A stretch of 64,000 nt of DNA from an uncultured Muribaculaceae bacterium. Its GTDB lineage: Bacteria; Bacteroidota; Bacteroidia; Bacteroidales; Muribaculaceae. A program made the position numbers and the translations under genes. This document shows, piece by piece, positions 1 to 8,772 of the stretch; the first letter of the stretch is position 1; each line of letters begins with the position of its first letter. The DNA is taken from the NCBI GenBank assembly GCA_947174275.1, contig CAMWIJ010000004.1:2512-66511 (forward strand). Reading direction: 5' to 3'. The notes under the pieces were generated by a model. The model worked only from the letters and a program-made list of their open reading frames with translations. It did not search any database and was not told the DNA's origin.

Positions 1-428
1 ATGATGTGTCTGACACCGATAGTGACGGGACGACGCAGCGTGATCCGGCGAGCCACGGTGTCAGACACCTGATAGTCGGTGCCTATGCCGCGTCCGTACC
101 ATCGGCCGAAATCATCGGCAAGCGTCACTGCAAGAGTGTCGCACCGCGAGCCGAGAGAGTCAGCCACGATAACCTCAAGAAAGATATTGCTGTAGATATA
201 ATCATTTGTATGGCGCAATGAGAGAACGATATCGCCGGTAATGAGCGAGTCGCGCGGATCGAGGTTGTAACGCAGAGTGTCGCCATATCGCCAACCGTCG
301 GGGTCGATATCATGATAGCAGCTGTAGTCGTTGGGACCCATTCTGCACCCCGACAATCCTGTCAGCGCTGCTATCAATGTCGATAGCAGCGCCGTACGAA
401 AGATTATATTTGTGAAATCACGCTTCAT
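1..428 (-). CDS. gldH: Gliding motility lipoprotein GldH family protein (3' end runs off the window)
   Basis: Not in the ORF track. Manual translation from the ATG at 428 gives MKRDFTNIIFRTALLSTLIAALTGLSG-C (lipobox) ...DPDGWRYGDTL...LSLRHTNDYIYSNIFLEV...DTLAVTLADDFGRWYGRG...GVRHI. The R-H-x-x-x-Y-x-Y-x-N and LAD-x-x-G-x-W-x-G motifs are typical of GldH, and it sits directly after ricT as in other Bacteroidales. Confidence 0.85.
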   Translation of the reverse strand, partial: MKRDFTNIIFRTALLSTLIAALTGLSGCRMGPNDYSCYHDIDPDGWRYGDTLRYNLDPRDSLITGDIVLSLRHTNDYIYSNIFLEVIVADSLGSRCDTLAVTLADDFGRWYGRGIGTDYQVSDTVARRITLRRPVTIGVRHI

Positions 429-1947
429 TTCCGGTTGATTTAGGCTGTGAGATGTCGCGCTGCTGCCGTTGCTGCGGAGCCTGCGCGCCGTCAGGACGGG
501 GAGCGTTGTCGCGTCGCGGCTGACGGTTTTCATTGCCCGGCCGGCGTTCACGACGGTTATTATCGTCGGGGCGGCGCGGCGGTCGGTTATCAGAGTCAGC
601 TGATGACTGCGACTCGTTGCCAGACTGGGGACGCTGACGCCGGCGACCGTCGCGCTGACGGTTGTTGTCACGGCGTGATTTGTCGTCGGCATTTTCTTCA
701 CGGCGCGAAGCAGAATCCTGCTTTTCGTCGCGTGGTTTGTCGGCACGCTGTGCCGGTTTCTGTCCTTTCGGTTTCTTTTTGCGTTTCTTGTTGTCGAAAC
801 GGTTAAGATTGTCCTGGTCAAGAATATCGTTGTATTTCTGTGCCTTGGGCTCTTCCTCGCCATCGCGCTTGAGCGAAAGAGGCTTTTCGCCGGCTTTGTT
901 CATACGCATTATCTCAAACGCGCGCTCCGCATCGATAGTCACAAGGTTGGCTGCAATCGACTTATCGGTCGAGTAAGTAATTTCGCGCTTAAAGATATCG
1001 ACCTTGAAATAATAGTATGTGGAGTCAGCAGTCTCGAGACGGACATCCTTTCCGGGCATACGCTTGACGCTTTCGACATAGGTGTCGACCTCAAAGTTAA
1101 GACAACATTTAAGCTTGGCGCACTGTCCGGCAAGTTTCTGCGGATTGAGTGATATATCCTGATAGCGGGCTGCTGATGTCGCTACCGACACGAAGTTAGT
1201 CATCCATGTAGCGCAACACAGCGGGCGTCCGCACGGACCGATACCGCCTATGCGGCCGGCTTCCTGACGGGCCCCGATCTGCTTCATCTCAATGCGCACC
1301 TTGAATGTCTCGGCAAGCACCTTGATGAGCTGGCGGAAGTCAACTCGCTCGTCGGCGATATAATAGAATATGGCTTTGTTTCCATCACCCTGATATTCGA
1401 CATCGCCGATTTTCATGTTGAGCTGTAGGCTTTCAGCGATTTTACGCGAACGTATCATCGTAGAATTCTCTCTGGCCTTGGCTTCCTCAAATTTCTCCAT
1501 GTCGGCAGGGCGCGCCTTGCGGAATATGCGTTTGAGGTCAGCTTCGTTCTTTATGCCGGCCTTGCGCATCTGGAGTTTTACGAGTGCACCGACCATAGTG
1601 ACACGGCCGATATCATGGCCGGGAGTGGCTTCAACCGCTACCCAGTCGCCGATTTCGAGCGCTATGCCGGTCGGATTCTTATAGAAACCTTTGCGGGTGT
1701 TCTTGAACAAAACCTCGACATATTCGGAGTCGGCGTATCCGCCGGGAACATCGGCGAGGTAATTGTAGCTCTGGAGCTGTCCGCGCGGAGCCTTGACATG
1801 ACGGTTGCAGCATGGGCAACATACCGGCGGAGTCTCGGGCTCTGTGGCGAGCTCGGCTTTAGGCTCGGCGGCCTTTGTCGCCTCGGCTGCTACCGGATCG
1901 TCAGCCACGGGAACCGACGGCTGCTGATTTTTTTTCTCGTCTGACAT
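418..1947 (-). CDS. ricT: PSP1-domain regulatory iron-sulfur complex subunit RicT (YaaT) with long low-complexity C-terminal tail
   Basis: Motifs FYYIADERVDFRQLIK, GGIGPCGRPLCC and KLAGQCAKLKCCLNFE are diagnostic of PSP1/RicT. Confidence 0.92.
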   Translation of the reverse strand: MSDEKKNQQPSVPVADDPVAAEATKAAEPKAELATEPETPPVCCPCCNRHVKAPRGQLQSYNYLADVPGGYADSEYVEVLFKNTRKGFYKNPTGIALEIGDWVAVEATPGHDIGRVTMVGALVKLQMRKAGIKNEADLKRIFRKARPADMEKFEEAKARENSTMIRSRKIAESLQLNMKIGDVEYQGDGNKAIFYYIADERVDFRQLIKVLAETFKVRIEMKQIGARQEAGRIGGIGPCGRPLCCATWMTNFVSVATSAARYQDISLNPQKLAGQCAKLKCCLNFEVDTYVESVKRMPGKDVRLETADSTYYYFKVDIFKREITYSTDKSIAANLVTIDAERAFEIMRMNKAGEKPLSLKRDGEEEPKAQKYNDILDQDNLNRFDNKKRKKKPKGQKPAQRADKPRDEKQDSASRREENADDKSRRDNNRQRDGRRRQRPQSGNESQSSADSDNRPPRRPDDNNRRERRPGNENRQPRRDNAPRPDGAQAPQQRQQRDISQPKSTGNEA

Positions 1948-1975
1948 AATTCAATCAAGTGATTTACCGACGATG

Positions 1976-3517
1976 TTATTTTGCAAACGAAACGGCACGG
2001 GTCTCGCGGATCACGGTGATTTTCACCTGTCCGGGATATGTCATCTCGTCCTGTATACGCTTTGCGATTTCAGTAGAGAGCTGTTCGGTCTCCACATCGT
2101 CAATCTTGTCGGCACCGACAATGACGCGGAGCTCGCGTCCGGCCTGTATCGCATAGGTCTTTATCACACCGGGATAAGAAAGTGCGAGCTGCTCGAGGTC
2201 ATTGAGGCGTTTGATATAAGCCTCGACGATTTCACGACGGGCGCCGGGACGTGCACCGGAAATGGCGTCGCACACCTGCACAATCGGAGCGAGAAGCGTG
2301 GTTTGCTCTATTTCATCGTGGTGCGCTCCGATGGCGTTGCATATCTCGGGTTTTTCCTTGTATTTCTCGGCAAGTTTCATGCCAAGGAGAGCATGGGGCA
2401 GTTCGGGTTCTTCATCGGGCACTTTGCCTATATCGTGAAGCAGGCCTGCGCGGCGGGCTTTCTTGGGGTTAAGACCGAGCTCCGAGGCCATGATGGCACA
2501 GAGATTGGCAGTCTCGCGGGCATGCTGAAGCAGGTTTTGTCCGTAGCTTGAGCGATATTTCATCTTGCCGATTAGACGGATAAGATCGGGGTGGAGACCG
2601 TGGATGCCGAGGTCAATGACGGTGCGTTTTCCGGTCTCGATGATTTCCTCTTCAATCTGTTTGCGCACTTTGTTGACGACTTCCTCGATGCGTGCGGGAT
2701 GAATTCGACCGTCGGCCACAAGCTGATGCAGTGCGAGACGAGCCACTTCGCGGCGCACGGGGTCAAAACCGGAAAGCACGATAGCCTCGGGGGTGTCATC
2801 GACGATAATCTCGATACCGGTAGCGGCTTCGAGCGCGCGGATATTACGGCCTTCGCGTCCGATGATACGGCCTTTGATTTCATCTGAGTCGATATGAAAC
2901 ACGGTGACAGAGTTTTCGATGGCGGTCTCTGTAGCGACACGCTGTATGGTCTGAACCACGATGCGCTTTGCCTCTTTGTTGGCGGTCATCTTCGCCTCGT
3001 CCATGATGTCGTTGATATAGGCTGAAGCGGCAGTCTTCGCCTCGTCTTTGAGCGACTCTACAAGTTTCTCTTTCGCTTCTTCCGACGAAAGTCCGGATAT
3101 ATGCTCAAGTGTTTCCTGAGCGGTGCGGCGCAGGCGGTCAAGCTCTTCTTTTTTGTTTTCAACCACGGCAAGCTGCGATTCGAGATTGACACGCGAGGCG
3201 TCGAGTTCGTTTTTAGCACGCTGGTTTTCGCTCTGCTGCTGGTTGAGCTGAAGCTCGCGCTGTTTGATCTTAGCCTCCATCGACTGGATTTTAGAGAACC
3301 GCTGATTGGCCTGTTTCTCAGCTTCGGCCTTGATTTTCAATTCTTCTTCGCGGGCTTCAAGAACTTTGTTCTTTTTCAGGACTTCAGCTTCGCGCTGTGC
3401 TTCTTCGATTATTGTCTTGGCACGGTTGCGGGCCAGCGACTTTTGAACTGCGACGGTAATCACATAGCCAAGAGCCACGCCTACCACGGCAGCGAGAATG
3501 TAATAAAGGATTTCCAT
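1976..3517 (-). CDS. rny: Ribonuclease Y
   Basis: N-terminal TM helix, coiled coil, KH domain ([13 protein letters not shown]) and HD domain ([22 protein letters not shown]). Confidence 0.97.
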   Translation of the reverse strand: MEILYYILAAVVGVALGYVITVAVQKSLARNRAKTIIEEAQREAEVLKKNKVLEAREEELKIKAEAEKQANQRFSKIQSMEAKIKQRELQLNQQQSENQRAKNELDASRVNLESQLAVVENKKEELDRLRRTAQETLEHISGLSSEEAKEKLVESLKDEAKTAASAYINDIMDEAKMTANKEAKRIVVQTIQRVATETAIENSVTVFHIDSDEIKGRIIGREGRNIRALEAATGIEIIVDDTPEAIVLSGFDPVRREVARLALHQLVADGRIHPARIEEVVNKVRKQIEEEIIETGKRTVIDLGIHGLHPDLIRLIGKMKYRSSYGQNLLQHARETANLCAIMASELGLNPKKARRAGLLHDIGKVPDEEPELPHALLGMKLAEKYKEKPEICNAIGAHHDEIEQTTLLAPIVQVCDAISGARPGARREIVEAYIKRLNDLEQLALSYPGVIKTYAIQAGRELRVIVGADKIDDVETEQLSTEIAKRIQDEMTYPGQVKITVIRETRAVSFAK

Positions 3518-3654
3518 TACTCAGAGTGTATTAAAATAAAAAATCGCACTCAGCAGGACTGCCGCATAGCCGGTAGATGGGAAACGACCCGGCGACGCGA
3601 GGAGCCTTGAAGGTGCGGGAGATTAATAATTATAACAGTTCAAATCAGAGAGTA
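3518..3654 (-). ncRNA. Candidate 6S RNA (SsrS-like rod structure) between zapA and rny
   Basis: The minus-strand sequence folds by eye into a long irregular hairpin: UACUC/GAGUA closing stem, A/U-rich central bubble, then CGCAC/GUGCG, CGCGU/AUGCG and GCCGG/CCGGC apical helices. Position downstream of zapA is the classic ssrS synteny. Ends are approximate. Confidence 0.55.
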
Positions 3655-3677
3655 TCACGATACGTGTGCCCTGCAGG

Positions 3678-4019
3678 TCAGTTCGGCGCAGTATTGTCAG
3701 AGGGCGGCATTCCGCCGTTTGGACCGAGAGCGTCAATATCAAGCAGAAGGCTGTCGAGCTGACGTTCAAATCTGTCAAGCACGGCCACAGTCTCGTCGGC
3801 CTGCCTGTTGAGCACTGTAAACAGCTTTGCGAACTGGAAAGCGACCATACCGAGCACTTCGGTCGAAGATTTATCGGTAAAGCGTTGCCGCCATGTGCGC
3901 CACAGCTTGTTTACGTTGTATTCCGCATTCCTTATCATCTCCTCCTCCTTGCGGTCAATCTGCAGGGCGAAGGGTGGCAATTCGGCGATGCGTATGGTGA
4001 TATTCAGTTTATCTTTCAT
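3678..4019 (-). CDS. zapA: Cell division protein ZapA
   Basis: KLNITIRIA...I-x-RKEEE-x-IR-x-A...VLGMVAFQFA plus C-terminal coiled coil; zapA-rny synteny. Confidence 0.85.
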   Translation of the reverse strand: MKDKLNITIRIAELPPFALQIDRKEEEMIRNAEYNVNKLWRTWRQRFTDKSSTEVLGMVAFQFAKLFTVLNRQADETVAVLDRFERQLDSLLLDIDALGPNGGMPPSDNTAPN

Positions 4020-4097
4020 TGCAGCATTCAGTTGATTGATCTATAGTTATCAAAGGGTGGCAATACCCCTGTCGAGGGCTGCATCCCGCGCGAGATA

Positions 4098-4391
4098 TCA
4101 CTCGCTCAACTGACTGATGCATTTATCGATTTCCCACACTAACTCGGACAAAAATCTCCGGCTTTGCTCAATATCGCCGTCAACGGCCTCTATGGCCGAT
4201 GCCATGCGCAGGTAGTCAACCTGCCGTGTAAGCTCTTCGATGCGCTGTCGCGCTGCGGCAAGCTCACCGCTGACCTGAGAGAGTCGTTCCAGAGCTTCAT
4301 TCCTCTGCATTACCACATACTGGTAACGTTGCGTCAACATGCGCGTCTTGGCATTGATTTCGTTAAGGCGTTGCTCAAAGTTAACGGACAT
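4098..4391 (-). CDS. Coiled-coil protein, ZapB-like partner upstream of zapA
   Basis: All-helical coiled coil ending LSELVWEIDKCISQLSE, the conserved ...EIDKCI..L ending of the Bacteroidetes gene upstream of zapA. Confidence 0.75.
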   Translation of the reverse strand: MSVNFEQRLNEINAKTRMLTQRYQYVVMQRNEALERLSQVSGELAAARQRIEELTRQVDYLRMASAIEAVDGDIEQSRRFLSELVWEIDKCISQLSE

Positions 4392-4409
4392 TCTTATTCC
4401 AAATTTTCA

Positions 4410-4417
4410 CAAAAGTA
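4410..4417 (-). promoter_or_regulatory. Bacteroidetes sigma-A -7 element (TACTTTTG) for the zapB-zapA-rny-ricT-gldH unit
   Basis: Exact TAnnTTTG match 18 bp upstream of the ATG at 4391. Confidence 0.6.
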
Positions 4418-4508
4418 ATTATTTATTGCGAAATTCCCGCTATAACGAATAGTTATTTTTGTAAATATTTTTGATAATAAATGTTAATGTCGCAGATAAC
4501 ATTTCATA

Positions 4509-5903
4509 TCAGAAACGCTCGACAAGCCGGTCGAAACTACGGTGCACCCATGTAGGCGACAATCTGACACCGATGCGGCGAGTAAACAGTCTCACTGTAG
4601 TGAATGAAACGAGAGCAGTGAGCACAAGAGGCAGGAACATGCCGAAATCGCCCGTCATCTCTACTGTCAGAAACATAGCCATCAGCGGAGCCTGTATGGC
4701 TCCGGCCATGACTCCGGCCATGCCGAAGAATGCGAAGTCAGCCACCGGAAGCGAAGTTCCGAACAAAAGATTGGCCGACATAGGAAACAGCATGCCGGCG
4801 ATGCAGCCGGCAAACAGTGTCGGAGCAAAATCGCCACCCACTCCACCGCCCGCATTGGTAAGGGCGCATGCGGCGGATTTAACGAGCAACACGCCAGTGA
4901 GAAAAAGCATTATAACCCAGTCGCAGTCATCGCCTGCCCACAGCGAATGGCCGAGCACTCCGCTGCCGTGGCCGTTGACGATATCTCCCGCCACACCATA
5001 TCCTTCGCCATAAAGCGCAGGAAAAATGAAGAGGCTGACGCCGATAAGCACTCCCGACACGATATTTCTCACCCAAACATTGCGAAACCGGCCGATAAAA
5101 CTTTCAGTACGGTTCATGACGAATGAGTAGTATATGGAATAAAGGCCGCAGAAGAGGCCGAGCAAAAGCACGGCGGGTATCATATCCGCATCAAATCGGC
5201 AGGTGACATGCATCGGCAGGTCGAGTGTCATACCTGAAAATATATATGACGTGAACCATGAGGCGATGCAGCAAGCCACCAGAGCGAGCACCGAAACAGT
5301 GGTAAGCTCCACGCCGAGCACTTCCACCGCAAAAAGCGCACCTCCGACCGGTGCTTTGAATATGCCCGCGATACCGGCGCCGGCGCCACAGCCTATGAGT
5401 ATTCGCAATGTATCGGGCGAAAGGCCGAAAAATTTGCCGACATTGCTTCCCACTCCGGCTCCGGCGTAGGCGATAGGACCCTCGGAACCGGCCGACCCGC
5501 CAAACCCGAGTGTCATGGCGCATGAAAACACGGGGGCATAGACGATATGCCCGGGCAGCCGGTAATTTCCGCTGTCAAGAGCCCGGCGTATGCGCTGACA
5601 TCCGAATTCCATGTTGTCTTTAACCACATAACGGCAATAGATACCGCAAAGCAGAACGCCGGCCACAGGCAACACTATCAACAGCCAGCCGGCATCAAGC
5701 ATGTCCATCAAAGCATACAGCCACGTTGTGACGGTTCCGATCAAGAACCGCAGCGTTTCAGCCCCGAGGCCTGTAATAAGTCCGACAAGCACGGAGAGCA
5801 GTATCAGGAATTTCTTTTTCGACATCAGCGTTCGCCCGTCGGCCGCCTGATGTCCGGCGACGGCAAGTATTCGCTGCTTACATTTAGAGAACCGGTCAGT
5901 CAT
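4509..5903 (-). CDS. ClC-family chloride channel/antiporter without CBS domains
   Basis: GGSAGSEGP, GIAGIFKAPVGGALF, GGVGGDFAPTLF and MAGAIQAPL motifs; many TM helices. Confidence 0.9.
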   Translation of the reverse strand: MTDRFSKCKQRILAVAGHQAADGRTLMSKKKFLILLSVLVGLITGLGAETLRFLIGTVTTWLYALMDMLDAGWLLIVLPVAGVLLCGIYCRYVVKDNMEFGCQRIRRALDSGNYRLPGHIVYAPVFSCAMTLGFGGSAGSEGPIAYAGAGVGSNVGKFFGLSPDTLRILIGCGAGAGIAGIFKAPVGGALFAVEVLGVELTTVSVLALVACCIASWFTSYIFSGMTLDLPMHVTCRFDADMIPAVLLLGLFCGLYSIYYSFVMNRTESFIGRFRNVWVRNIVSGVLIGVSLFIFPALYGEGYGVAGDIVNGHGSGVLGHSLWAGDDCDWVIMLFLTGVLLVKSAACALTNAGGGVGGDFAPTLFAGCIAGMLFPMSANLLFGTSLPVADFAFFGMAGVMAGAIQAPLMAMFLTVEMTGDFGMFLPLVLTALVSFTTVRLFTRRIGVRLSPTWVHRSFDRLVERF

Positions 5904-6051
5904 CTCTCATAAATAAGGAATGTTGAATTATTCCCTCCCTTACTGACAAAACAACATTTACACTCTAAAGTTGCTTAAAAAAGGAAATATAAACCAAATT
6001 TTGCACCTGCGTGTTTATATCATATAACTCAATTACTTAAAACACACAGTT

Positions 6052-6918
6052 ATGAAAACACGTTCGATTATTCTTATGACGGCAGTCGCGGCGTTGACAG
6101 TCACGGGCTGTGTCAGCAAAAAGAAATATGAGGCCCTGAGCTCCGACTACAATTCACTGCAGTCGCAATACAACACCACACAGCTGGCACTTACCGAATG
6201 TCAGACCGGCGGCAAAAGCCTTCAGGCCATGCTCGCCGACGCGAAGAAAGGGAACGAGGATCTGCAGCGCAATTACGCCGAACTGCAGAATGCTCTCAAC
6301 CAAAGTATCGCCAACAATTCGCAAGGCAATGTCAACATATCCAAGCTCGTGGATGAGATCAACGCTTCAAACAAGTATATAAAGCAACTGATTGAAGCAA
6401 AGAGCAAAAGCGACTCGCTCAATATGGTACTTACCAATAATCTGACACGTTCGCTCTCATCGTCAGAGTTGCAGGATGTCGATGTCAAGGTGCTCAAGGG
6501 CGTTGTCTATATCTCGCTCGCCGACAATATGCTGTTCCGCTCCGGAAGCTATCAGATAAGCGACAAAGCGATGGACATACTGAGCAAGATTGCAAAAATC
6601 ATAAAGGATTACAAAGATTATGACGTGCTGGTTGAAGGCAATACTGACAATGTGCCGATATCCAAGACAAACATCCGCAACAACTGGGATCTTAGCGCAC
6701 TGCGTGCGTCATCAGTGGTGCAGGTATTGCAGGATAAATTCGGAGTAGACCCGTCACGACTTACGGCAGGCGGACGCGGAGAATATAATCCGGTGGCGAC
6801 AAACTCTACTGCCGAAGGACGTCAGCTCAACCGACGCACACAGATTATCATAACTCCAAATCTCGAACAGTTCATGGACCTCATCGACAAGGCACCCAAT
6901 CAAGAACAGAACAAATAG
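6052..6918 (+). CDS. OmpA/MotB-family lipoprotein with coiled-coil N-terminus
   Basis: Lipobox VTG-C then VSKKKY, coiled coil, and an OmpA-like C-terminal domain (VEGNTDNVPI...NWDLSALRA...GRGEYNP...NRRTQI). Confidence 0.9.
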   Translation: MKTRSIILMTAVAALTVTGCVSKKKYEALSSDYNSLQSQYNTTQLALTECQTGGKSLQAMLADAKKGNEDLQRNYAELQNALNQSIANNSQGNVNISKLVDEINASNKYIKQLIEAKSKSDSLNMVLTNNLTRSLSSSELQDVDVKVLKGVVYISLADNMLFRSGSYQISDKAMDILSKIAKIIKDYKDYDVLVEGNTDNVPISKTNIRNNWDLSALRASSVVQVLQDKFGVDPSRLTAGGRGEYNPVATNSTAEGRQLNRRTQIIITPNLEQFMDLIDKAPNQEQNK

Positions 6919-6953
6919 AAAAAGGCGGGAAATCCCGCCTTTTTCTATTTGTT
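6910..6953. terminator. Bidirectional intrinsic terminator between the OmpA-family gene and guaA
   Basis: Perfect 21-bp inverted repeat aacaaatagaaaaaggcggga / tcccgcctttttctatttgtt with a 2-nt spacer and A/T tracts on both sides. Confidence 0.9.
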
Positions 6954-8476
6954 TATTCCCACTCGATTGTGGCCGGTGGTTTTGAGGAGATGTCGTAGCA
7001 TACGCGGTTTACGCCGCGGACATGGTTGATTATGTCGTTTGACACTTTTGCCATGAAGTCGTAAGGCAGGTGAGCCCAGTCGGCCGTCATGGCATCGGTG
7101 GAAGTGACTGCACGCAGAGCTACAGCACGTTCGTATGTGCGTTCGTCGCCCATAACGCCTACACTCTGCACCGGCAGCAATATCACGCCGGCCTGCCACA
7201 CCTGGTCATACAGCCCCCAGTCGCGCAATCCCTGAATGAAGATATGGTCGGCTTCCTGGAGTACTGCCACCTTTTCAGGGGTGATATCGCCAAGTATACG
7301 CACCGCCAGACCGGGTCCGGGGAAGGGATGGCGCTTGATCAGATGGTCAGGCATGCCGAGCTCGCGGCCAACCGCACGAACTTCGTCCTTGAAAAGGAGA
7401 CGGAGCGGTTCGCACAGCTTGAGGTTCATCTTTTCGGGAAGGCCTCCCACGTTGTGATGACTCTTGATTGTCGTGCCTGTAATCGACAGGCTCTCGATGC
7501 AGTCAGGATATATAGTGCCCTGGGCGAGCCATTTGACATCTTTAATCTTATGAGCCTCCTCATCAAACACATCAATGAAGCCCTTGCCTATGATTTTGCG
7601 TTTGCGCTCAGGCTCTGTCACTCCGGCGAGCTCACTGAAGAACTTCTGCGAAGCATCAACGCCGATAACATTGAGGCCAAGGCATTTGTAATCGTTGAGC
7701 ACATCGACAAACTCGTTTTTGCGGAGCATGCCGTGGTCGACGAATATGCAAGTAAGGTTGCTGCCGATTGCCTTGTTCAGCAACACGGCGGCTACCGAGG
7801 AATCGACACCGCCACTGAGTCCTAACACTACCTTGTCGTCGCCAAGCTGCTCTCGAAGCTCCTTTACGGTTGACTCGATAAATGAAGCCGCACTCCAGTC
7901 CTGCTTGCCGCCGCAGATGTCGACAACGAAGTTTTTCAGAAGCTTAGTACCGTCCTGTGAGTGATATACCTCGGGATGGAACTGCACGCCCCAAATCGGC
8001 TCGTTATCTGACTGATAAGCCGCGATAGCTACTTTGTCGGTCGAGGCGATGGGGGTAAATCCCGCCGGAAGCGAGGTGATGGTGTCGCCATGACTCATCC
8101 ACACTGTCGACCCAGCTTCGATGCCTTTCATAAGAGGCGAGCATTCATCGACTTTGGCGAGGATTGCCCGGCCATACTCGCGCGAGGGCGCCGGCTCCAC
8201 AGTGCCACCGTTGGTGTAGGAGATAAACTGGGCTCCGTAGCAGATGCCGAGAATGGGCAGACGACCGCGAATCTTTGACAAATCGGTTTTGAACGCCTTC
8301 TCATCATAGACCGAGAAAGGCGAACCGGAGAGTATCACACCGATCACCGACGGGTCGTCATGCGGAAACTTGTTGTAGGGGACAATCTCGCAATACATGT
8401 TGAGCTCGCGCACGCGGCGTCCGATAAGCTGCGTGGTCTGCGAACCGAAATCGAGAATAATAATTTTTTCCTGCAT
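6953..8476 (-). CDS. guaA: GMP synthase (glutamine-hydrolysing)
   Basis: [32 protein letters not shown] and KPPATIEWE. Start moved to ATG 8476 (MQEKII) because a TACCTTTG -7 element lies at 8502-8509, inside the longer ORF. Confidence 0.97.
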   Translation of the reverse strand: MQEKIIILDFGSQTTQLIGRRVRELNMYCEIVPYNKFPHDDPSVIGVILSGSPFSVYDEKAFKTDLSKIRGRLPILGICYGAQFISYTNGGTVEPAPSREYGRAILAKVDECSPLMKGIEAGSTVWMSHGDTITSLPAGFTPIASTDKVAIAAYQSDNEPIWGVQFHPEVYHSQDGTKLLKNFVVDICGGKQDWSAASFIESTVKELREQLGDDKVVLGLSGGVDSSVAAVLLNKAIGSNLTCIFVDHGMLRKNEFVDVLNDYKCLGLNVIGVDASQKFFSELAGVTEPERKRKIIGKGFIDVFDEEAHKIKDVKWLAQGTIYPDCIESLSITGTTIKSHHNVGGLPEKMNLKLCEPLRLLFKDEVRAVGRELGMPDHLIKRHPFPGPGLAVRILGDITPEKVAVLQEADHIFIQGLRDWGLYDQVWQAGVILLPVQSVGVMGDERTYERAVALRAVTSTDAMTADWAHLPYDFMAKVSNDIINHVRGVNRVCYDISSKPPATIEWE

Positions 8477-8501
8477 TAATGTGTAGTTGAAAAATTTACC
8501 G

Positions 8502-8725
8502 CAAAGGTAATCATTTTTCAACTATTTCCCGCATAATGACAACTAATCTATAGTATAAATTAACCAATTTATACCACAGAGAGCGCCATGCGCTTTCAAC
8601 GCCCAAGGCTCAGCCCCTTTGCATATATCATTCCGACACGAAAATTTCATAAGAAATTCCTATATAAAAACTGTTAATAGCCGAGAGTGGCATGTTGGCA
8701 GTGTGGCGGGATTTTCATATCTTTG
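8502..8725. promoter_or_regulatory. Divergent promoters for guaA (-) and the TPR-hisJ-metA-U32 unit (+)
   Basis: TACCTTTG on the minus strand (8502-8509) and TATCTTTG on the plus strand (8718-8725), both matching the TAnnTTTG -7 consensus. Confidence 0.6.
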
Positions 8726-8772
8726 TAATTTGAAACGAAACAATGCCGATAGAAATCAACCATTTCCGACAG

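Noticed and set aside
6-313. ORFs 6-221 (+) and 125-313 (-)
   Set aside because: Both are shadows of the gldH frame, which starts at 428 on the minus strand and runs off the window.
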